DNA of 63,082 nucleotides, the filler included. It is 14 parts of 14 records of this genome, joined end to end, with 100 filler letters (N's around TTAATTAATTAA, not from the genome) between each part and the next. Parts side by side here need not be neighbours in the genome. Positions count along the whole stretch, not along the records: positions 6,653 to 11,756 come from SRR15195285_5619; positions 11,857 to 17,095 come from SRR15195285_5629; positions 17,196 to 20,617 come from SRR15195285_5633; positions 20,718 to 23,972 come from SRR15195285_5636; 10 more parts are not named here. One strand, 5' to 3'. The position numbers were made by a program, and so were the translations under genes. The notes below the pieces were generated by a model, which saw nothing but the letters and a program-made list of their open reading frames with translations, searched no databases and was not told where the DNA came from. Below, one piece after another: positions 11,118 through 20,772 of this stretch. Every line of letters begins with the position of its first letter. Within the stretch, counting starts at the first letter, position 1.

Positions 11118-11400
11118 CACCTGCAGGTGCAGCCCACCCGAGGAGTAGCGACCGCAACCGCAGCCCCAAAAGGCTGAGGCTCTTCACCACCACCACCAGC
11201 AGCTAGCCCACCACCTGCAGGTGCAAGCCTCCGAGGGATAGCAACCGCAGCTCCCAAAGGATGAGGATCTTCACCACCACCACCAGCAGCTACCCCAACA
11301 TCTTCACCACCACCAACAACAACACAACAACACCAGCTAGCCCACCATCTTCACCACCAGCAGCACCAGCAGCAGCAGCTAGGCCACCATCATCGTCACC
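11118..11400. repeat. Two imperfect ~90-bp tandem copies decaying into a CAC/CAG low-complexity tract
   Basis: CACCTGCAGGTGCA...CCGCAGC.CC.AAAGG.TGAGG.TCTTCACCACCACCACCAGCAGCTA occurs at ~11118 and ~11212. Confidence 0.8.
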
Positions 11401-11857
11401 AGGGCCAGGCGGATCGTTATCTATGCAAAATCAAGCGCCGGGGTGTTTTTCTTGTAATGTTTTGCGCAGTCTGTGTTGGAGAATAGTACCATTTCTCCGT
11501 AGGAATCCTAGGTGAATTTGAATTTTGATTTCAACTCAAATTTGATCTCTACTCGTCCTGCCGGTGCCGCTGTGTGAGAATCAACCTGGATCGACTGGAC
11601 GCTGGAGCGTCGCGGAGAATCGTATTTTCCAATCCAGACTCCTCCTGATGGCGAATTTGAAGAATCACAGGCTGGGTTAGAATTCAATCCTCTGCAGAGT
11701 CAAAACAACTCTAATTTACTGGCTATTCCGCGAGAAAAACCAGCGATTCGAGGTGANNNNNNNNNNNNNNNNNNNNNNNNNNNNNNNNNNNNNNNNNNNN
11801 TTAATTAATTAANNNNNNNNNNNNNNNNNNNNNNNNNNNNNNNNNNNNNNNNNNNNG

Positions 11858-12130
11858 CGCAAGACGGCTCTGGCGCAGCAGGGCAAACTGATGCGTGCAC
11901 AAGTAAAGATCACCAAGGCTACGGCACGGCGACGGTACAGCACAGGCAGTGCGCAGCCAAAGCGCTTTATGCAAGGCGAAAAGATCCAGTGCGGGAAATG
12001 CAAGGTCCTGGTGGTTGTGCCCGGCAAGAAGAACATGGGTGTGGTGTGCAGCAATCCGGATTGCCGCGAGGTGATCATGGCAGATGCGGACGAAGCGGAC
12101 GACTCCGATGACGACGACCATGACAAGTAG
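11858..12130 (+). CDS. 3' fragment of a protein ending in a CxxC...CxxxxC zinc ribbon and an acidic tail
   Basis: Open from the contig start; IQCGKCKVLVVVPG...VVCSNPDCREVI. Confidence 0.55.
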   Translation, partial: RKTALAQQGKLMRAQVKITKATARRRYSTGSAQPKRFMQGEKIQCGKCKVLVVVPGKKNMGVVCSNPDCREVIMADADEADDSDDDDHDK

Positions 12131-12405
12131 ATCTGCGATCGCACTGGCTCGATGCAGCGCGCTGATTTGTGAGGATGAGAGATGGGAAGGTCAAAGAGAA
12201 GAAAGTGCCGTCGTGACCACCAGAGCTGGCGGCTTTAGCAGCGCAACGAAGAGGCAGACCGATACCCCCAGACAAAATCAAATAAATTCACCATGTTTCG
12301 TACATGTCCCCAAACGATTGCCAGTACGCCAAAATCATATGACGTGTTGCTGAAACAGGACGGCACTCGTGGAGCGTGCTAGGAATCCTACTAGTGTGCC
12401 ACGAG

Positions 12406-14316
12406 TCACGCGATCGCTTGAGGTAGCAGCCGCGGCACCAACACGGAATGCACAGGTGGATCCGTGAGGCCCAGCTGCCCCTCTTCCCCATAGCCCCACA
12501 CGTAGTGTTGATAGGCTGTTGCCGCCGCCGAAGCCGCCGCTGCTGGCGCTGATGGTGCTGTGCCCTGCGTGTGTGCAACGGCCACAGTCGCGATGGTGTG
12601 GTATCCACCACAAGTCACACTCAGTACACCAGCCAGAGGTGTGCTCGCTCCCACTGTTTGCTCTGCTTGATCGCGTCCCCGTCCGTGGTCGTCACTGGCG
12701 ACATGAACCAAGCATGGGATCTGACATTCTGTTCGATGGCCATGCCCCAACTGGCCACACATGTTGTGACCAAAGGTGTACAGCTCACCGTCTGCACTCA
12801 AAGCTGCCGTGTGCCGAATACCGCACCCAACAGACACGATTTTCAGTTCAGCTATCTCGCGGCCTGTTTCACTTTCAGGCTGGACCTGCTGATGCAGCTG
12901 CTGCTGCTGTTCCTGGTCGCGCAGAAAAGACGTTACCATCCGCGGCTCTCCGACATGCATCTGCGTTCTTGCTGCACCGTGACCAAGCTTGCCGTCCCAG
13001 GCGTCACCCTGCCCCCACACCAGGAGGCCATAATTCAAATACACAAGGTACTGGTCAACCAGGCCAGTCTGATATGGGAAAGCTTGCGACCGTGGCAGTA
13101 GGAACTGGCTTACCCACGTGAACAGCTTCCCGCAGCGAGAGACGGCCGCGTAATGCGACGGACCACATGCTACACACTGGACACAACACCCATGTAGTCC
13201 GGCGATCTGGACGGGAGTGTCAACATCCTCCTCATGGTCATCTTCTGGAGCATCAAACCCCATGGCAACGTCGCCAACGCCTTGGCGCGGCAGCCGGCCA
13301 CACATGAAGAGAAGCCCGGACGCAGTGACTGCAGCAGTCGTGCGTGCCCCACACGAGAGTGAGACGATGCGCTGTGACGACAAGGACTCGACGCGTTGGG
13401 GTTGACAACAGTTTAGCCCGGTTCTGCTATCGCCACTTCCACTAGGTCCAAATATTCGAGGCCCGTGCCCGAGCATTCCGCAGGATCCGTCTCCCCAGGT
13501 CCACAGCTCGCCAGTGGCGGTGACGCAGGCACTATGCATAGATCCCGCACTAACCAAGACTACCTTATCCCGCCAGCGGCCAGGGACGCGAACTGGCGCG
13601 GGGCAGTACCGTCCATCGCCCTGAGATTGTGATATGTTGCCGATCCCTAACCGACCACCAGACGAATCCCCACAGCTGAACACCTCTCCCATTACCGTGG
13701 AGATCAGAGAGTGAGCGGTGCCGGCGGCTACACAGCAGACTGATGCCGCATCGGCGCCTATGCGTACGACCTTCGGTATGCTGTACATCACGCCGTGCAG
13801 CGGCTGTGCCAGTAGGCTGGCGTCATGAGAGTGCCCAAGCTGGCCCTGTGTGCCGATTCCGAAGGTCGCTGCTGTGCTAGGAGCTGACACGATGACGCTG
13901 TGAGAGGATCCTGCGGCTGCTTTCGCAGGCCCCGCAAGCAGACACTCGAGCACGTGCAGTGCAAAGCATCGCTTTTCGCCTGGCCGTAGCACGATCCGTG
14001 CAGCGTCAGATCGACGGCTCAGGGCCACACCTGCAGCGAGCTCTGCCAAGCCTGGCACTGCACCGTATGCAGCAGGAGCAGGAACTGCAACGGCAGCTGT
14101 TGGAGCCGTCTGCTCCAGATGTTGAGCACGCTCAAAAGGCTCTGGTTCGGGCTCCAAGATCAGCTGCGCAAACATGCATTCGCGCCGCCGGTGCCGCATG
14201 TGGGTAGCAGTGCCGAGTGATGCAAAGCGACGGGATGTACATTCTAGGCGCGCCAGCCAACGCCCCTCAACGCCTGAGAGAGCAAGGATCAGCAGCTCGT
14301 CTGGCAACGCGTCCAT
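12406..14316 (-). CDS. F-box plus RCC1-repeat protein; in-frame intron 13009-13113
   Basis: N-terminal LPDELLILALS...LARLECTSRRF (F-box); several RCC1 repeats (AGSMHSACVTATGELWTWGDG; CGIRHTAALSADGELYTFGHN..GQLGHG). Confidence 0.85.
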   Translation of the reverse strand: MDALPDELLILALSGVEGRWLARLECTSRRFASLGTATHMRHRRRECMFAQLILEPEPEPFERAQHLEQTAPTAAVAVPAPAAYGAVPGLAELAAGVALSRRSDAARIVLRPGEKRCFALHVLECLLAGPAKAAAGSSHSVIVSAPSTAATFGIGTQGQLGHSHDASLLAQPLHGVMYSIPKVVRIGADAASVCCVAAGTAHSLISTVMGEVFSCGDSSGGRLGIGNISQSQGDGRYCPAPVRVPGRWRDKVVLVSAGSMHSACVTATGELWTWGDGSCGMLGHGPRIFGPSGSGDSRTGLNCCQPQRVESLSSQRIVSLSCGARTTAAVTASGLLFMCGRLPRQGVGDVAMGFDAPEDDHEEDVDTPVQIAGLHGCCVQCVACGPSHYAAVSRCGKLFTWVSQFLLPRSQAFPYQTGLVDQYLVYLNYGLLVWGQGDAWDGKLGHGAARTQMHVGEPRMVTSFLRDQEQQQQLHQQVQPESETGREIAELKIVSVGCGIRHTAALSADGELYTFGHNMCGQLGHGHRTECQIPCLVHVASDDHGRGRDQAEQTVGASTPLAGVLSVTCGGYHTIATVAVAHTQGTAPSAPAAAASAAATAYQHYVWGYGEEGQLGLTDPPVHSVLVPRLLPQAIA

Positions 14317-14620
14317 CGCGCCGCGCGCGCACCCACGCGTGCGTGCGCGTGCGCCGCTCGCGCTAGCCGCGGCGCGCTACCCGGCGACCCTCGCGCGCGC
14401 GCGCCCCTGAATCGTGAATGAGTCGAATGAGTTCCACGGTGGTGACACCATCAGTGCAGTTCGCCGGCGACGTAGGAGCCGCGACCTCGCTTCCGCCAAC
14501 GGAGCCATGCCACCCCCGCCGTGACAGGCTGAGGGACAGCAGGATCAGAGGCGACTGCGACTGACTCAGAACGAACGCACGGACGGCTGAGTTCACTAGT
14601 CAGCGCGTCCAGGGCGGCTG

Positions 14621-15757
14621 ATGGTCGTCTCGCGGGCGGTGTTCGCGGCCTGCATGGGCTGCTCTGCGCTGGTTGGTTCTGGGAATGTGCTGAAGAATGG
14701 GATTAACTCCAGCATGTCTCAACTGCAGTTTCATAGCTCTACAATTGCCACGACAGTCGGTGTGACTGGCGCGCTTGTCATGTGTTGCCTCCTGGAGCTG
14801 CTGGGTGTAGGTCGCACGGTGGAGACGCCAGCTTGGGGCAAAGTGCTGCGAGATGTGCGGCCGTGGATGCTGCTTGGTGGTGTGCTTGGTGCAGCGTCTG
14901 TGGGGCTGCAGACGTTTCTGATTGACCCGATCGGCGCTGTTCTCTTGCACGTCGTGCAACTCAGCACAGAGCTGGTCGTTGCTATTATCGTCGACAGCTT
15001 TGGCTGCCTAGCGCTCCCAAAGCGCACAGTTACACCACTGCGAGTGATAGGTGTTGCCACCTCTATCATTGGTGCGTGCTCAACCGTGAACGACTTCGAG
15101 CAGCACAGTGTCACTGCTGCACGCGCCGAATCCGTGGGGCCCAAGGCGGCTGGAATTGTGCTTTTCGTATACCTGGCACTCGCCGTGCTCATCGGCTGCG
15201 TTCGGCCGGTGCAGACGGTCGTGAATGGTGGGATGCGCCGAGCGTTGCACTCACCTATCCGGGCTGCCACAGTATCTATCATGGTGAGCCTCATGGCTCT
15301 TGGAACTATCTCAGCTGCACAGCTCGCCACATCACCACAGCTGCGAAAGGTGTTCAGCGGCGCGGTTTCCGCACAGAGCAAACTTCTCTGGTGGCACGCG
15401 CTCTCAGGTCCAATGAGCACGTACTCAGTGGTGGCACCAGTAGTATTTGCCCCAGTGGTATCCTTATCGGGTTTTTCAGGCGCCTCTATGACCGGCCAAC
15501 TGGCGACGAGTCTACTCGCTGACCACTTCGGAGTTTTCGGCATGCACGTTGTGCCGCTCACATTACAACGTGCCGGAGGAGTCTTTGTAGTTCTCTGCGG
15601 TGCATTTGTTGTGAGATGGGCGGACGCGAATAGCGCGAGCAAGGCGGCGACGGCAGCACCAGTTGCGGCAGCACCTAGGTCTGCGGCTGTTGTTGCTTCG
15701 GAGAGCGAGAAACGGTCTCTCATGGATAGTAACAGTAGCGAGATGGACGAGGAGTGA
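14621..15757 (+). CDS. DMT-superfamily transporter, YdcZ/DUF606-like, two tandem domains
   Basis: About 10 TM segments; PW.LLGG.LG, ELVVAIIVDSFG and GQLATSLLADHFG motifs in the two halves. Confidence 0.8.
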   Translation: MVVSRAVFAACMGCSALVGSGNVLKNGINSSMSQLQFHSSTIATTVGVTGALVMCCLLELLGVGRTVETPAWGKVLRDVRPWMLLGGVLGAASVGLQTFLIDPIGAVLLHVVQLSTELVVAIIVDSFGCLALPKRTVTPLRVIGVATSIIGACSTVNDFEQHSVTAARAESVGPKAAGIVLFVYLALAVLIGCVRPVQTVVNGGMRRALHSPIRAATVSIMVSLMALGTISAAQLATSPQLRKVFSGAVSAQSKLLWWHALSGPMSTYSVVAPVVFAPVVSLSGFSGASMTGQLATSLLADHFGVFGMHVVPLTLQRAGGVFVVLCGAFVVRWADANSASKAATAAPVAAAPRSAAVVASESEKRSLMDSNSSEMDEE

Positions 15758-15942
15758 GTCTGCGTTGCAGCTACATGATTGTTGTACTCATGGAGTACTC
15801 ACAATCGTCATACGGGTCTCAGCTGGCGCACAACCGGTCACTCTGTTTGCGTTGTCATGTCGTGTCGCAATCGAACTACGTGCTGCTGATGACCATCTCG
15901 CCTCACTAGACTACGGTAGTCCACTACATGTACGGTAGTCCA

Positions 15943-16943
15943 CTAGTGCCCTGCGCACGTGTTGATCATCTGCTGCAGATCGACCGCAACCTGCGGAAGG
16001 GATGTCTTGCATCCTGCCAGCATCTGCTGCGCGAGGTCGTGGCAACGCGAGTGACAGTTCTTGCGGTCGGTGGCATCCACGTTCGCACAGGCGCCCTCGA
16101 TACTGGTAACGTCGCAAGTCACGTGCGTGATCGCGGCACATGTTTCGATGGTGACACCGCCACGCTGGCGGGTGTTTTCGATCTCGTTGCCTTCAGTGTC
16201 CGAGCACCAGCAGTAGCCGGTGGAGCCGTGGCACTGCACCGGCTCGTAGTTGCCACGCTCGTCGCACTGTGGGACGAAGCTGCCGATCGTGTTCTGGGTA
16301 GTGGCGAGCGCGGCAGCGCAGGCGCCCGAAGCGCCCACGACGGCGGCAGCAGGCGCGGCACAGTCGGCATCGAAATCCATCCCGTTGGGCATCGCCCACG
16401 GTTGCACGCAGCCGTCCTGACCATCGCCGAGGGCGGGGCAGTGCTCGTACCCACAGGCGCCACCACCGCCGCAGCAGTTGTACCCACTGCCACCGTACCC
16501 ATCGCCGTCCGCCTGGCCACCGATCCCCCCAAGCGCGGCACCGGGCTTCTCGCCGAATGCGGCGCAGTAAGCATCACCGGGCGTCTCGCAGTACATCATG
16601 GTGCAGCCACCGAGTCGCCCGTTCATGACGGCGCAAGTGTTGCACCCGTCGTACCACGAAGTGCAGCCTGCAACACCCAGACGTACAGAAAAGACCTGGA
16701 CGTGAGATGACCCTCTCCCCCCCCGCCCCGAAGAAGGGGCGGGGGGATAATCCTCCACACACACACACACAGGAGGCGCCCAGAGACGCACACCAGAGGG
16801 AGGAGGCGGACAAACGCACCATCTTCGATGACTGGCTGCGCGGCGGGCATGGCGGGGCGCACTGGGCGCGGGCCGTAGTTCCCGATGAGGTCGGCATTCG
16901 CAGCTCCAACCGTTGCCAGCAACACACCCGTTACGCGCATCAT
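15943..16943 (-). CDS. Secreted Cys-rich protein with a thyroglobulin type-1 domain; intron 16668-16819
   Basis: Signal peptide [17 protein letters not shown]; splices to [47 protein letters not shown] is the thyroglobulin-1 signature. Confidence 0.85.
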
Positions 16944-17391
16944 CGTCGGTAACTATACCCCAGCGGCTCGTCCTTGACAAGAGGAAAATTGGTTAACGTC
17001 GACGTTCACACCGGCCCTGCAGAGGCATGCAGGGCTGACCCAGTCAACCGTAGACCCCCGAATTTGGCTGTCAGCACAAACTCAGATCTCACCGGNNNNN
17101 NNNNNNNNNNNNNNNNNNNNNNNNNNNNNNNNNNNNNNNTTAATTAATTAANNNNNNNNNNNNNNNNNNNNNNNNNNNNNNNNNNNNNNNNNNNNGTGTT
17201 ATTTTCACTTTTCAATACTGTACCAGATATTATGAACCTAGTGCAATCTGGAATTCTTTTTTCAATTCTACCAGTTTCCCAGTTTCCGTGTGTTTTTCAG
17301 CGCGCGCGTGCGTCGTCGTCCAGCGAGCCCCGCCGTGGCTCGTGGCCCGCGCGCGTGTGCGGTCAAGCGAGTACGTACAGCTGTACTCACC

Positions 17392-19317
17392 ATGGTGGCT
17401 GAGCCTGTACTGCTCACGCTCGCGCTCGCTCTCGCGCTCGCTGGGCTCGGCGACGCACTGGACAATGGCCTGGCCCTGAAGCCTCCGATGGGCTGGTGCA
17501 GGTGAGCGATTCCTTCGCACGCACAGTGCGCTGATGGCCTGCTGCATCCTGCATGCTTTGTCACTCCGTCGGACTCCCTAACACAGCCCGCCACTGCCAG
17601 CTGGAATGCCTACCATCGCAGCTTCAACGAGAGCGTCTTCTACGAGACCGCAGACGCCATGCAGACCAACGGCATGCAGGCTGCTGGGTACGAGTACATC
17701 AATGTCGATGGCGGCTGGTGGGCGGGCTCGGACACGGGCAAAATCGGACGCAACGCCACGGGCTACTTCGACTATAACCACCAGAAGTACCCACACGGGA
17801 TCAAGGCCGTCGCCGACTACATCCACTCCAAAGGCTTTAGGTATGGCCACTACACCGACGCAGGGAAGGCGGCCTGCAACCGCGACGCGCCCATGAGCGA
17901 GGGCTACGAGCATCAGGACGCGTTTCTCTTTGCGCTGGAATACGGCGCGGATATGGTCAAAGTCGACGCGTGCGCCGACACGCTCCCAGCGCTGACACTG
18001 GTGACCCGCTGGCAGCAGCAGCTCAACCGGACGGGCAGACCCGTCCTCTTCTCCAATTGCCACAACGGCTGCGAAACAGACAGGAGGCGCAACGTGTCGG
18101 ACCCGGGGGGCTGGATGCCGTGGTGCGCCGAGCTCTCGAACATGTGGCGCTCCTCAGCTGACATCCACGCAGAGTGGCCGAGCATTATGCACAACCTTGA
18201 CTCGCTCAAAGGCCGCGGTAAGGTCGCTGGTCCCGGGCACTGGAACGATCCTGATTTTTTGGAGGTTGGCGTCGAAGGGATGGCACTGACACCGACCTCG
18301 TCACAGCAGAAGTTGGACGAGAACGTTGCTCACATGACGATGTGGTGCATCACTTCTGCGCCGTTGATTGCAGGCCTGCGCATGGCACCCGGAGGCCCCG
18401 GCGGTGGCGCCGCCAACCAAACTGCGCTTGACATCCTCACGAACAAAGCCGCCATCGCGATCAATCAGCAGTACTGCGACGCGTCTGACTGTGGCATCGC
18501 CAACGGCGGCGACCTCTTGACCGAGCTGCGAAACGAAGCGGGGATCCAAGAGCCGCCACTCCGTGCTGGCAGTGTCCAGATCCACACCCATGTGGAGCTG
18601 ACATTGCCGCCACGCCCCTACATGACGCTTGGTGCGTGCGACGGGACTGCCAAATGGGAGGTCACTCCATACAACGGAACGAAAGTCAGCGACGCAAGCT
18701 TTATTTGTGGTCCCTTGAAGAAGCCGTGCTTCAACATGCAAGATTGCTCCTCGTCAGTTATTTTCTACGGAACTCAGACGACAACCGGCTGCGAGGACGG
18801 GACAAACACGCTGTTTGAGATCACTCCGACCGGTCAGCTCGTCACCAGAATGAAGGGCCCTATCTCGGGCCAGTGCCTCACGCCAGCGCACGTCCCTACA
18901 GAGCAGGCCGGTGGCCTGCGGCTGGAGGCATCACCATGCTCGGAAGCGCAAGGGCAGAAGTGGTCGCACGATAGCAAGACGCAAGAGCTTGTCTGGAAAA
19001 GTGCCGGCAATACCAAGTGCGTGCACGTGCATGCCGAGGCGCCAGCTCCGCCCGCCCCGGTTGTACCTGGGATCCCGGAGACGTGGGCAAAGCCGTTGCC
19101 AGGTAGGGAGGCTGCGATCGCCTTCCTCAACCAGGACTCCAAGCCAGCTGCTTTTGCCGTCGCGCTCGCTGATATTCCATGGCTGGTCAAAGGAGTCAGC
19201 AGTTGCGACGTGTACGATGTGTGGGCGGATACGCGGTCGAAAGTTAGCACGACCATCAAGTACGCGGCGGTGCGGAGCCACCAGGCTATCTTATTGCGGC
19301 TCAGCAACTGCCACTAG
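17392..19317 (+). CDS. GH27 alpha-galactosidase with internal ricin-B-like lectin domain; intron 17502-17600
   Basis: Signal peptide; LDNGLALKPPMGWCS|WN, YINVDGGW, DMVKVDAC (nucleophile), WRSSADI, GHWNDPDFLEVG; C-terminal WAKPL...DVW beta-sandwich. Confidence 0.93.
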
Positions 19318-20325
19318 ATCTAGCTCAAGCTAGGTACAGTGCTAGGCAAACTGCTATGCTGTAGGTCTACACCAAATGAAAGCCAATCGCGACGAGTGTA
19401 CCACAAGTACCTGGTATGATTTAGGGCATAAGGCCTCATGCCCTATATCACCTCGGTGTTAAAAAATAGTTGAAATGAGACCAAATGGTTGCGACCCGGC
19501 ATCCGCTTCGGTCGGAACGAGCGTTTAGTCGACCGCAGGGAAAGGGACATCAAGAGAGGCCGCAAACTGGCTGCAGTGTCCGACTGCTGATCTCTTCGAC
19601 CGCATCAATCTGCGGCATCTACTACTACTACTAGGGGTAGATTGGTTACCCGACAGAATGTGTGTGAGAGATTTGATGGCTCGACGACTGGAAGAACACC
19701 CTGCCGAGCAGAATCACACAAGCACCACGAAGAGCTTGGAAAGCGTCTGCGGGAACGCGAAGAGCACCCACGCCACTACGCCATACTTCGAGCCACCGCT
19801 ACAAGCTTCTGGTTGGCTCCCTGAAGATGGGGCAGGTGTGGGTGTCCTCTTCGAGGGCACATTTGACGAGAAACTGGGAGGAAGCCGAGTGTGTCGTGCG
19901 TGAGCATGGCGAGGGATCGTGATCCCTTCAACGGAGAGAAACACGTCGTCGATTCGAACACGAAATTTGACTGAACAGCCTCTGTGTCGGCACTTCTGGA
20001 CAGCCACTGCTAAACTGCGAGAGCCTCCTCGTGATTCGCTACCAGTTGGCGTTGTTATCGTAACACTTTCCGCCATTTTGCGCGCACCGGAACAAACAGA
20101 CACCGCCGAAAAAAGACCTGATCTCGTCCGCCACCCACACCATGGAACTCAGGCAGAAACCACGCGGGCAAGGGGGGCGAGCCCCGGCGTTCTCGCGTAA
20201 ACACACAGGGCACGGAGAACAAAACAGCGAGAGCAAGAGCGGGCACGGCTTGGGGCTGAAGCTGACTCACGGCTGCCCGATACCCATGATATACACGTAG
20301 ACATGTGCCACGGCGAGGAGGTGTT

Positions 20326-20617
20326 TCATATCACCTGCCGGACAGCCACCGTGTCCCGCAACATGTGAGCACCGCGCAAGACAATGGTTCTCAGACACTG
20401 GGCTGGCCGCGCACCGCCTTCCATTTCGCAGTGCTCTGCCTTGCCCCCAAACACCTTGAACGCCATGACGATGAGCAATATCTCGTAGGCAATCAGCGCC
20501 GGAAGCGCGATACAGGTAATCCCCCCCACGAGGTACTCGCAACATTCTTCCTTGCAAGTACGACCGTCTCCACAGCACCGGTCCATCACCCACATGAGAA
20601 CATACAGCCAAGTCGGG
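20326..20617 (-). CDS. Partial Cys-rich membrane protein fragment, hypothetical
   Basis: Open from the contig end, with the hydrophobic segment LVGGITCIALPALIAYEILLIVMAF; downstream exons not resolved. Confidence 0.3.
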
Positions 20618-20772
20618 NNNNNNNNNNNNNNNNNNNNNNNNNNNNNNNNNNNNNNNNNNNNTTAATTAATTAANNNNNNNNNNNNNNNNNNNNNNNNNNN
20701 NNNNNNNNNNNNNNNNNATACCGCGCGAAACAAACCTGCATTCAGCTGGCGTGTACTAACCTGGAGCACATA

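Noticed and set aside
15912-15946. Tandem TACGGTAGTCCACTA duplication (and TTTGGAGGAACAT x2 near 28654-28680)
   Set aside because: Two-copy local duplications, consistent with replication slippage.
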